DNA of 63,994 nucleotides, the filler included, from Porpidia crustulata (taxonomy: Eukaryota), in the NCBI GenBank assembly GCA_964255105.1. It is 17 parts of 17 records of this genome, joined end to end, with 100 filler letters (N's around TTAATTAATTAA, not from the genome) between each part and the next. Parts side by side here need not be neighbours in the genome. Positions count along the whole stretch, not along the records: positions 49,191 to 52,849 come from CAXUWE010002264.1; positions 52,950 to 56,605 come from CAXUWE010002265.1; positions 56,706 to 60,360 come from CAXUWE010002266.1; positions 60,461 to 63,994 come from CAXUWE010002292.1; 13 more parts are not named here. One strand, 5' to 3'. A program made the translations under genes and the position numbers. Positions 49,882 through 61,055 of the stretch are shown here, piece by piece (positions within the stretch are counted from its first letter, which is position 1; each line of letters starts with the position of its first letter). The notes beneath the pieces are model-generated. The model searched no databases, was not told the DNA's origin, and saw only the letters and a list, made by a program, of their open reading frames with translations.

Positions 49882-52029
49882 ATGAAAGTCAAGGAAATAA
49901 GGAATGGATTTCGTGGACAGAAAATTGCCGCTTCTACAAGCGATGCACGGCAGAGTGTCATTTCCAAGCAAAGGATTGTAATAGCTCCTGGAGAAATCGT
50001 TCATCTCCAATCCGCCGACCTGCTGAAAAGGCCTTGCTTGTGGTGCAAGGAGAACAAAATTGATAAACGGAGAAATGCGGGGCTTTTTCATTCATCAGAA
50101 AGATTCCTGAAAGGTGCTGAAAGCGGGTGCAGCAGGTGTCTGCTTTCGTGGGCCGGACTCCTGAAGCTGATGGACTTGAAAGAGGTATGTCTTGAAGAAC
50201 TTCGAACACCTCATACCAAGAAATTTTTTGAGAATTTCCAAAAGGCGGAAGTCGATTGGCTCCAGCTTAGACTTTTTACGAAGTTTGATCGACGTCCATG
50301 TTCAAGCCCTATGGTGGGTACTCATCGCTCTTTGGATGGCACTCGACGGTCGCGAGTAGATAGCATTGTCGTCGAATGGTTACGAGAATGCGTTGAGAAG
50401 CATAACTGTCAGGAAAGTACGGCAACGCTGCCGAGTCGGGTGCTTGATGTTAGCCAATCTTCCGAAGGTGGTATATCTTTGTACGTGACCGACCAGGAGA
50501 TCGAGCCTTACGCAGCGCTAAGTCATTGCTGGGGTGGAGAAATGCCGATGAAGACAACGACTTTGAATTACGAAGCTCAGCAATTTCACATTGCTGTGGA
50601 TGACTTACCTCCGAATTTCAAGGATGCTATTGAGGTTACACGCAGATTAGGACTTCGGTATCTTTGGATTGATGCTCTCTGCATCATACAAGATGATCTG
50701 TCTGATTAGGAAGTGGAGTCACGGGAGATGTCGAGCATCTACGGCGATGCGCACATTGTCATCGGCGCAGATGGTGCTAAGGGTGCAGAAGAGGGGTTTT
50801 TACGCGATTCACCTGGGTACAATTCCATGCACGCAGATGGAGAGTCTGCACATGTTGCCGTCGTCGATGACGAACAGGTTGATGTGTACGTATATGGGTG
50901 TCCCGAGCACGATGACACCTGCTCCTTGCTCGACAAGGCAATATTAAGTGAGCAGTATGAAGATGTAGTTGAGAATCCTCTCTCACAGCGAGCTTGGGCC
51001 TTTCAAGAACAGCTTCTGGCCCGCAGGATGGTTCACTTCACAAAGGAAGAGATGGTCTGGGAATGCGGATCCCGATATCGGTGCGAATGTACTCAATTTG
51101 ATGGTTCTCGCCAGAGAACCTCAAAGGATGATTGGATTTCTGGAGACACCGCAAACATGGGAGTCCAGTGGTACTCATTTGTCAACGAAGTATGTGTGAG
51201 ACAGCTGACTTTCAAAACCGACATACTTCCGTGTCTTTCGGGTCTCGCAGCTCAGATGGAGGCAAGCATGATGGGTCGCTATTTGGCGGGACTCTGGGAA
51301 GAGGATCTCCTGCTTGGTCTGACCTGGAGCTATAAACAGCTGCAAACTCGAATTGTACCTCAACAAGCGCCTTCTTGGTCGTGGGCCTCTCTCGAAGGCC
51401 GTAGTTCACCATATTGGCTCCTGCGACAAGAGTGGGAATCGCTAGCCGTGAAAGTGCCGCATGCCCAGATTCTCGATGCCCAGTGTATTCCGAAGGGTCA
51501 GAATGCTTACGGTGCGGTTTCTCAAGGCCACATCAAGATGATCGCCCCATTCGTCCGCGTCGAGGTTATGGAAAACGACAATGCTGCGAATGAAGTCAAT
51601 CCATCCCATTGGACAATGAAAAGGCTTGCTGTAGAGCGAGCGGTCGAAGTCTCCGAAGCAGAACTTCAACTTCCAGCGAACGCCGACTCTCATCCGAGTC
51701 TTGAAGGACATGACTTTTTTTACGCCGTGCTGATTGCAGAAATCGCCTGTATAGAGGAGGAATATGTTGGGCCCACCGAAGAAAGCGAGGATTCCGAACA
51801 TGAACCTGCTGATGATGAACGAGAAAGAAAGTTGTGGGAAGGGCCGTCAGAGACTTTTGGCCTCGTTATCCGGGAAAGGCTCGCTGAAGAGTCGAATCGG
51901 TTTGAGCGGGTCGGTTCGTTCAGCGGATTTGCTCGCCGCAACGGGGAAAATCCGTTCGGTAACCACAAAAAACAAGAAGTGTTGAACTTTTTCGGAGCGG
52001 CGCAAGAGCGAACTATAATGCTTTTCTGA
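49882..52029 (+). pseudogene. HET-domain (TOL-like) gene with a single in-frame TAG at a conserved Trp (50707-50709)
   Basis: [78 protein letters not shown] and APSWSWAS. Both halves are in the same frame. Confidence 0.88.
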
Positions 52030-53457
52030 AGCAGGCAGGCAGATACCTTTCCGAACGAAATTTGCATCAGAAATCGTTGACAGAATCTTCGGTTGTGCAA
52101 TTTCAGTGTCAGCTGATGGAGATTTCGGCTCCAAGGTTAAGGTGGAAATATCATATTCCATCTCCACAACCGCATTTGTCGGAGTAACCTTCCAAAGTTC
52201 AAGACCGAGCACCTCCTTTTTATCCGCACCGGAGTCGCAAAGCACAACTTCTCTCAATCGAGACGGTCCCGTTCCGTTTGAGCAACCAAGAGCCTCGAAA
52301 TGATCTCAGCGGCCCCCGTAGCATCCGTACACCGATGAAAGTTGGCATTGTATCACTACCGCTTTCCGTTATATCTAAACCGAGACTGACTTGAAAAGGC
52401 GCGCTCGAGCTTATTTAGTGTGCCCTATCTATTTATTTACACAGGCGTGCGACGCCGGTCTCGTTGCTGCAGGAAACAAAAATGCGCAAGTCGGAAATCA
52501 CCATGGATTTACCCTCTGGTTTTCAATTGCCCACCTCGTCGCCATTCGCATCCTTCGCCCCACCAAAAGCTTCTTCCCGCACGTCACGCGTCCTTCTTGC
52601 AGGAATCAAACTGCCTTTCCGCAAGAGAACTATATCCTAGGGTTTCTACAACGGGCCGAAGCTCGAAATCAAGTTGAGTGGTGCAGCTTGAGCAGCCATA
52701 TCGTAGAAAAGAACACAGTATCGAAATTCAAAGATCTCTAAAATTAAAAAACCCCCAACGTATCATTTCGACCTTTCGACGTCCGTCTTCCAAACCTCCC
52801 TCGCGAGATCCAAAAAGCTCACCCGCAACTCGATCCTCATGTCTAACCCNNNNNNNNNNNNNNNNNNNNNNNNNNNNNNNNNNNNNNNNNNNNTTAATTA
52901 ATTAANNNNNNNNNNNNNNNNNNNNNNNNNNNNNNNNNNNNNNNNNNNNATATTAGATCGGGGATCGATCTAGAGGGGTGTGGGAGGTTTTTTTTTGGCG
53001 GTTTCCTTGGTGTTTGCGGAGATTTATTGGAGGTGATGGGAGAGGTTGATGGTGGATTAGGGTTGAGAGGTGTGAATGACTGGAGCTGTGAACAGACAGA
53101 AGAAGAAAGGGGAAGAGAATCATCTAGAGATTCGAAAAGATATTCAGACTGTTTTCTTGCGTTTGTGAAGTTTGTTTGAGGGGATGGGAGAGGTTGATGT
53201 GGGATGAGACAGAAGATATGTTTGCTATGGTGCTGTTACTTTAGAGTCCAAGGCGAGAGTGAGTACCTCCTCTTTTGGAATTTCGCCGACAAGTGGTTCA
53301 CTTCTGTTTGTGCTGAGGTATTTCTGTGGATCATAGCCGTTGCTCTTGATTCTCCTGGATGAGTTGTACGTGATGATTTCTTTGGAAAAAGCGTGCCCAC
53401 TCGGCCGATGTCTGGGATTTTGTAATTGGCGTTGGTAAGAAAACTCATCACTGTAAG

Positions 53458-54078
53458 TTAACTCGTTCCGAGACTAGGCATTGGTGGTATGCTGAGCATA
53501 GGCATGGATGGTTTGCTAGGGATAAGCACTGATGCGTTCTTTTCAGGATAAGCAACACTGCAAGCATCGTTTGGTCCACTTATGACTCCTGCAACAATAA
53601 GCTCGAAGATTTTCTTCGGCCCTAATTTGGCGTCTCCCCCGAGCTGAGCAGGCATGAGTATGACGCATTCCGCAATAATTGCCTTAGCTACATGGGCGAC
53701 CAGAGCAAGCGAAAAGGTGTCGACGGCCGATTCGTAAGCGTCGTCGACGACGTGGAGAATCAATTGGCATCGTCCGCAGCCCCAAGTTTTGGGAACGAAA
53801 TATCCTTTCGTCTCATCGTGGCTGAAGTCCATGGGTGCGTCCGTTTTGTCCCCGATAGATATCAGTCTCGTCGCTGCTTTACAATCTTCGATCTCGACCC
53901 GAGGGACGTGTTCTTGGCCGTGTGGGGGCTGATTATAGCAGGAAACATAGACGGCGTCATGGTCTAGGGTTGGGTTTGCACGGAGTGATGGTATGGATGG
54001 TCTAGGAGCCGCGGCAGGAATAAGCAAAGCTAAGTAGAAAAGAGAAGCGACCACGCCATAAGTCGATAAATGTAGCAT
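53458..54078 (-). CDS. Small secreted Cys-containing protein, KP4/Ecp2-like pattern
   Basis: Hydrophobic signal peptide. The pattern C...DC..A...VP.TW.CG.C.L...D.FS...VA..A..II..C...GG is typical of Ecp2/KP4-fold secreted families. Confidence 0.7.
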   Translation of the reverse strand: MLHLSTYGVVASLFYLALLIPAAAPRPSIPSLRANPTLDHDAVYVSCYNQPPHGQEHVPRVEIEDCKAATRLISIGDKTDAPMDFSHDETKGYFVPKTWGCGRCQLILHVVDDAYESAVDTFSLALVAHVAKAIIAECVILMPAQLGGDAKLGPKKIFELIVAGVISGPNDACSVAYPEKNASVLIPSKPSMPMLSIPPMPSLGTS

Positions 54079-57059
54079 TGTGATGATTGTGGTTACTCGC
54101 AAATGGCGAAAGAAAAGCCCAGGGCAAACCGGGGCATGCTCGCTTGTACTGGTAACGTTCGCTCAAAATACCTCTTATCGAGATCTCTTTGTAGAATATC
54201 TTTAAGAGTTGGATGGATGTCGTATGTATGTCGTTTTCATGTCGTTTCGTTCTAAGTAGCGCTCTGATCTAGCGCCAGCAGTGGCCTCGCGAGCAAATCT
54301 GGCAATGTCGCTTCCGAAGATCGTTCTAAGAGCAAACAGCAACGGATATTTGGAAGGACCTCCTTGATGCCGATCCATGCAGGGTATCGTTCCCTGCTTC
54401 TGACTATTCTACTTTGAAGATTGCGACTCGACGACTGTTTCAAGCCTCTGGTCAAAATGAAAGTTTGCGTGATCTGAGTATTTCTCCTTCTCAGTATTGA
54501 CCGTACAAGGCTCTCAGCACTCCAAACTCGTATCAAGAATGATACGGAAATGGAAAGAAGAATTGATGCTAAAATAAAACAAAAACAAAAATGATGCAGA
54601 AATCCTTGGGAGTCAAATGGTTAGGTAGAAAGTTTTCTCTTCGTTGTCTGGGATTTCTTGAGGGAATTGATTCAACAGGTAAATGTCATTTGTCGAGGAA
54701 AAAGTTTGTCTGTAAGCTAAATCAATTCATGAAGTTGAAGATAGGAAATAGATGAGGTGTAGTGGTGGCCTGGTATATCTGTACCGGCCTACTGAAATAA
54801 CCATCATGAGTCGTATGATTCGAGCCCTTCGTGCTTTCTCTGTGAGAAGAGTGCATGTAAGTAAAACCAATCAAGAGTTTCGTCAAGTTTGACTTTCGAG
54901 GATCGAGATTTCTCGATCTGACTTTTAAGAACTAATGTCCCAATCTATTCTCTAATATCAGCAGCATTACCTTACGACAAGCTTCCAAAGTAGAGCTCCA
55001 GCTAATCTTGTCGTGACCCTTTCATCACCCGGACAGTTTGCTGTCAGATAGCAGAGTCTCTTCCTTTCCTTTCAGGGAGTGACTTGAGATGAGAGATATA
55101 TCCAGATAAGACGGCAAGATGCTGTTAGAAACACCGCATGAAGTTTACCGGGTAAAGGAAGAAGAGGGAAAGCGAATGACAATGCATCTTTGTGTCCACG
55201 TAAAGGAGAACAGTGTGATGAGTAATGGGGAGTGGTGACGGCTCTTTGCTTTCTTATCATGTAATAGGAAATTAGTATGTATTGCACTCCCATAGGCTTG
55301 CGCACTCAGTCAAGATGGCGTCAACTGGGACTAGACAGATAAGGTACTGTCGAAAGGAGGACTGGCAGGTCAAAGCTGGAAATGACACGAAATAATAAAT
55401 AGCGACGTAAGAATAGAGATACACAGTCTCAGAGGATTGGCCTCTCTCACGGTGGACTTGAGGCCAAGACACGGAAGTCTGTCCACATCCAGGCGGCGTT
55501 CGAGTTGGCGACCCTATCATTAGATATGGAAATCACGACGTGCAGACCTTTCAAAGGCCTTGCATGAAACTGGTGTAGTGTGAAATAAACGCTCCTCATG
55601 GCCCATGCATGAGACTTGGAGCACGTTGCTCAACGATTGGCGGTGGGCATCTCCCCTCATATTCCTCTCCCTTCGACCACCTCATCAATCCAAGACTCCG
55701 CCAAATGACCAATGTGCAACAGGAGCTACCTTACTGTTGGGATTCAACACGTATTGCTGAAGCGTACGACGGAATAGTAGCTTGATACAGAGTTGAAGGA
55801 TTGCATGTCGCTGAAGTATGATAGCGAGGTACTCTTGGATAGGCGGGCGGGAATCAGTTCCAGCAGAGCAAATGAGATTGAGGAGGTGACAGCGACAGCT
55901 GACAAAGTGAGAGTGCTGACACCGTTAGATATCATTTATGGCAGATATGTCGTGAGAAGAGGAGAGCCGTTGAGATTCTGCGATGCTCAATGGACATCTA
56001 CAGATATATGACACGTCATAGATAGGAACTGAAACGAACAAATGTCTTTAATTGATCCATTGCCTCCATCAATTAACCTGGGAGTCTATGCGAGGTACTG
56101 TCTCAACATGTATACTATTGCTACCATCACGGTGGCATTGTTGTTGTTCCCAGCGCAGAGAGCAAGTAAGTAGATGTAGAGAGTTTCAATGCCAAGCCCC
56201 GAGTCTGAGCCTTGACCCTCGACCTTCAAGAGACCGTCGACCACAAAGCGACGCAATTCGTCCAACCTCATCATATCATTTGTCATCCGTGATTGAGAAA
56301 ATTCTCCCGCGACATGATTAACTGTCCCAGGCCTGTAAGCAAAGCAGCTTCAAGAACGTGCTGCGTGCATATCGATTAGGCTGTTTCATCCTTTGAACAA
56401 CAGCACCATCCAAAGAGGCGGTCAAGTCAAGCGTAACCCCGACACAGAACAGCCTGTTCCAATCGCTGTCCCACATCACCTGAAGGCCGTGAGGAAGAGC
56501 GAAGGAGAAAGCGAGAGAGAGAGAGAGACGCTGGGCGAGAGGAAGCCCAATCGGTAGGATTGTGGTTGATTGTGTGGAGATAAATAGATAATAATTGTCC
56601 CCCCTNNNNNNNNNNNNNNNNNNNNNNNNNNNNNNNNNNNNNNNNNNNNTTAATTAATTAANNNNNNNNNNNNNNNNNNNNNNNNNNNNNNNNNNNNNNN
56701 NNNNNGATGATGATGGGGTGGTGGATCAGCGGATACGTTGGATCGATTTGAGGTTCCTTATTTTGGGAGGGTGGCGAGTGAGTTCGTGGATGCGGAATGA
56801 GGGTGTTGGGGGGGGAAGTGTTTTGTGAAGGTATACCCATGGAGCGAGTTTTTTGTTTTTGTGATTGGGCTTTATGGCTATATCGCACGATGGGCGGGAT
56901 GCTGAATTCGAGTCTGCATCGCGATCAATTGTCGCGGTGACAGTTCACTTGCGAGCTTGAATATGGACATCGGGAACGCCATAAGCCGCATGCCGCGTTT
57001 TGCAAGATAACAATCTGCTATAATGCATTTTATAGCTAAAGCACTTCATTCCCTAAGGC

Positions 57060-58386
57060 TCATTCATTCCTACCGCTAAACAACGCCCTCCTCCTCCGCT
57101 GAACCGACTCCCTCCTATCCCCTTCCTCGAGACTCGTCCCGATACCCGAATCTCTCCAGCTCGCCGTTCCTCGCTCCTCATCATCGTCTTCATCATCTGC
57201 TTCATTCTGCAAAGGATCAATAGTAGCTGCTCTACTAATCTCTTCTTCCTCCCTCTTCACCCCTTCCTCTTCCTTCTTCGGCAGACCGTTACGCCCCGCA
57301 AAGTGTAAAGGTGCTTGCCGACCAAGCGTTGGAAATGTCCGAGATGTGTCGGAGAGATCCTCGGTTGAAAAAGGATCAAAGTGATCCGAGTCTGAGGGCT
57401 CGGTCTTGATGACGGAGCCATTTCTTTCGGCTTCGGTCTTTGGAGTGTTTGAATTGGAGGATATGACAAACGAGAGGGCGAGCCAGGCCATGAGGGCGGT
57501 TGTCATTGAGCTGATCCAGAAGGCTGTGGTAAAGAAGAGATAGGACAGAATGCGATGATGGTAAAGGAGCCATCGTAAGCCACGGAATCTTGCAACAATT
57601 TTGATACCAACGTTATAGAATTGCATCTTTTTGTCGGCTTCCACAATCACCTTCACTTCCTGAGGTATGTTCCGCCATCCTTTCGCGAATTCCACACTCT
57701 CGAACATGCCAACTTCCAGGACTTCACTCTCCTTTTTCCAACCAATGAGATACCATGGCAATCCACTTAGCGTATTAGCCGTGTCTATGATAGGCGACGC
57801 ATAGGTCAGGATCGCAGGTCGTCTGGAACGAGCAAGGACTTCGGTGTAATTTTTATGAGGTATCAAGGAAGATAGTCGGGTTTCCGTGGTTGGGGCAGCG
57901 ACTGGAGGAGAGAGTAATAATAAGTCCAGCATAAAATTTCCAACCTCTAGATTGTTAGGCGTTCTTGGTAGGTGGAGACAGAGTGTGACATCGTAGGTTT
58001 GGAGGGAAGTCAAGGCAGAAGACAACGAGGCGGTACCATATGGATGGCCATCTCTGCGCATCCTCTTGCTTTAGCGATTTCTCAGCATTCAGATTCCGAG
58101 ACATACCCAAATTGTAGATGTATGACACGCTCAACGCCAATCTGGGGCACATAGTTGTAGTAGAATAACGTGTACGCAACAGTTGAGACTCCTAGGAGCA
58201 GCAGACTAGCTGTCACGAGTAGAAATGTTCCCAGGTAGGCTTTTTGAGCCGGTTTGGAGATGGCGGCGTGGAAGGGAATCAAAGCTGTGTCCTAAACCAT
58301 TCAGCTGCAAGCATTGATTTGGAAATGCCAGTGCGATTCACCACAGCTTTCCCAAACACAGTGCGCTCCTTTTCTGAGCTTTCCAT
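57060..58386 (-). CDS. SEI1: Seipin (lipid-droplet biogenesis)
   Basis: Three exons: MESS...|...AYTLFYYNYVPQ...HLQFG|DGHPYG, then YDVTLCLHLPRTPNNLEVGNFMLDL and ARFRGLRWLLYHHR, a second TM helix and an acidic tail. Confidence 0.92.
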
Positions 58387-58774
58387 CAAAACATCTTTAG
58401 ATGATTGAGGCACGTCGTCTACGGAGCTAGTGAAAATCACACGTCGAGCCGGATGCTCCGCTTTGTCAGCGAGCATGACCCTTTTTGATGCTTGACGAGC
58501 TCGTTCATCTCGCTGACACTCCATCTCGTAGATATGACGAGACATGATTCCAGGAATCTGCCTCAAATCAAGAACTCACAAACCACCATATCAAGCAGAC
58601 AATGTAGATGCCATAATTGTATCGCTACTAGGCCGAGCAAAACCGGCAAGCATTCACCTTCATATTCACAGAAACGAAAAATCAGCACGTAATTACATTG
58701 TAGAGTAAGGCCGAAACCAGTCTAATCTCATAAGAATCAGTATATAACTTAAGTTATATCCAAAAACAATCAGA

Positions 58775-59983
58775 ATGTCTGAAGACTTGTGGCATATAAA
58801 AGAGCATGTCATTCCAGCATCTCATGTTCGTGGATTCAGCAGAGGAGTCAGGGATGAGAGTACTGGACACCTACGATTAGCTATCAAGCAATATGTTCCT
58901 CGTAATAAGGATCCAAGTACTGGAGATGTTACACTCATCCTAGCTCATAGCGTTGGATCCACCAAGGAATCATACGAGCCTTTCTTCGATGAGCTCCTCC
59001 GTTGTGGTCTACCAATCCGTGGCATATGGGCTACAGATGTAGCTCATCATGGTGCTTCGTACATCCTTAATGAGGACACTATTGGAGACGAACCACATTG
59101 GTTTGATAGTTCTCGAGATTTGCTGCAAATGGTTAACCACTTCCAAACCGAGATGCCTCCCCCTATTGTTGGAATAGGCCAGTCTTGGGGCTGTGTGACT
59201 ATCACCATGATGTCAATCTTCCATCCGCGTCTATTCACTGGAATTGCATCTATGGAACCAATTTTCATCAGCGGGTATAAATTTAAGAAACGAAAAGACG
59301 ATGTCGAACGCCCAGACGAGTTCCATATCGCTGCCCACATGGCGAAACGTAGAGACACCTGGTCATCTCGTGAAGAAGTCCGAAAGAGTTTTACTGCGAA
59401 TCCATACTACGCTGCCTTTGATCCTAGGGTTTTTGAAAAAGTGATGAAATATGACCTGCGAGATGTACCCCTGGAAGATGGCTCAACAGCGGTGACTTTG
59501 GTCACCCCTAAATCAATGGAGGTATACAGCATGATGCGACCCGACCCTCCATTCCCAGGTTACCCAGAAGCGCCAGACTATCGAGAACGCGGCAAGGGGA
59601 CTACCATAATTACTGGTTTCTATCGAGACGAAGTAAGACAAGCGTTTGAAAGCCTAGCCGACGTCTACCCTCCAGTCCTGTATGTCTGGGGGACTTTGTC
59701 ATTCTTACATGACTCGGATAATGCAGAAGCTATAGTAAAGCATACTGGTACCGGTCGTAGGGGTGGCGGCGGAGTTGCAAGTGGTCAGGTCAAAGAAGCT
59801 GTCGTACATGGAGCACAACATCCTATACCATTGGAGAAACCCAACGAGGCCGCAAAAGTCGTAGCTGAGTGGCTGCAAACTGTACTTAGCAACTGGACTT
59901 TAAATAACGAACAACGAAAGCTTCAACCAGGCTTTTCTAGCAAGCTAAACCCCCTCTGGCTGCAGCGGATCTTGAAGCTGTGA
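58775..59983 (+). CDS. Alpha/beta-hydrolase (Abhydrolase_6; Lpx1/Akt2/MpaH-like)
   Basis: EHVIPASHVR, LAIKQYVP, KESYEPFFDEL, HHGAS..LN, nucleophile elbow GIGQSWG, catalytic His region QHPIPLEKP. Single exon. Confidence 0.9.
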   Translation: MSEDLWHIKEHVIPASHVRGFSRGVRDESTGHLRLAIKQYVPRNKDPSTGDVTLILAHSVGSTKESYEPFFDELLRCGLPIRGIWATDVAHHGASYILNEDTIGDEPHWFDSSRDLLQMVNHFQTEMPPPIVGIGQSWGCVTITMMSIFHPRLFTGIASMEPIFISGYKFKKRKDDVERPDEFHIAAHMAKRRDTWSSREEVRKSFTANPYYAAFDPRVFEKVMKYDLRDVPLEDGSTAVTLVTPKSMEVYSMMRPDPPFPGYPEAPDYRERGKGTTIITGFYRDEVRQAFESLADVYPPVLYVWGTLSFLHDSDNAEAIVKHTGTGRRGGGGVASGQVKEAVVHGAQHPIPLEKPNEAAKVVAEWLQTVLSNWTLNNEQRKLQPGFSSKLNPLWLQRILKL

Positions 59984-60490
59984 TGCTATCATCGCCTCTC
60001 TCATCCATTCATACATCTCCGCCAAATATTTATCCAATATCTCCTCCTCTGACATCTCCTTCTCGCCAAATCAATCTTCAGCTTCAGCTCCAGAATCTCC
60101 ACGTCAGCCTTCTTGGCCTTCAGTTCCAGCTTTACATCTTCATACTGGATCAATTCTACACCGCTCGGGAAGTCCTTGTGTTCCCAAACTCGTTGATATT
60201 GTTCGTCATTCATCTACTTTGAACAGACAGCTTCGGGTGGATGGAGGGAGGTGGGCGGAGGGAAGAGCGACGAGGAAGATGGGAGAACGGAAGAGGAAGA
60301 AAAGGAAGAGGGAAGAGAAAGGAGAATAGAGAGGAGAGAAGAAGTATGAGGAATATAAGGNNNNNNNNNNNNNNNNNNNNNNNNNNNNNNNNNNNNNNNN
60401 NNNNTTAATTAATTAANNNNNNNNNNNNNNNNNNNNNNNNNNNNNNNNNNNNNNNNNNNNTAGGCTTAGAGCCTCCGGGCGGAATGAAAT

Positions 60491-60514
60491 CTACTACTAC
60501 TACTACTACTACTA
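60491..60514 (+). repeat. (ACT)n microsatellite
   Basis: About 8 consecutive CTA/ACT units. Confidence 0.8.
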
Positions 60515-61055
60515 CATCAATAGATTCACGACTCCATCAACTCGATAGCGATCAAACAGCAATACTCTCCATAGCTAAGACTCACTACCAGAGTGACTGG
60601 CGGTTTTACGCAGACTTGCTTGGCCAGGAGAAACTGCCACTTATTTTGACAGTGCGCCCGGCGCAGTCAAAAACATCATCGTCGTCAGTGCAACAATCGT
60701 GCCTTGTCGCCTGGCACTACTTGATGCCCTGATAGGGTCCGTTGGGTGCTCCATCACTCCTCCCCTGTGTTTTGCAAGTATGGGCTGCATCATATGCACG
60801 GACTGAGCCATACTTCTGCTGCTTCTCTAGCCTATGATTGGTGCTATGAAAATTCCAAGTATGTCTCATGTAATGTGCCGCTGACCGCGGCGTGAGAAAG
60901 CAGCTTCCCAAATAAATCCTGTGCAGATCAAACCATTTCCTTTGGTTCAATATTTTACATCTTTCACTAATACTACGCAATATTTCATACATATCTCTCT
61001 TACTCAGATAATTTCTCGTCCTCATATTCTCTCGATAAACCTCCGTTCAACAAAC

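Noticed and set aside
27582..52029. HET + NACHT + HET as one NLR/incompatibility locus
   Set aside because: Three separate unlinked contigs.
18990..58386. Promethin and seipin (interacting partners) in one window as a cluster
   Set aside because: They are on different contigs ordered only by length.
60001..60360. Minus-strand coiled-coil-like ORF convergent with the hydrolase
   Set aside because: Short, frame ambiguous and cut by the contig end; not supportable as a gene call.
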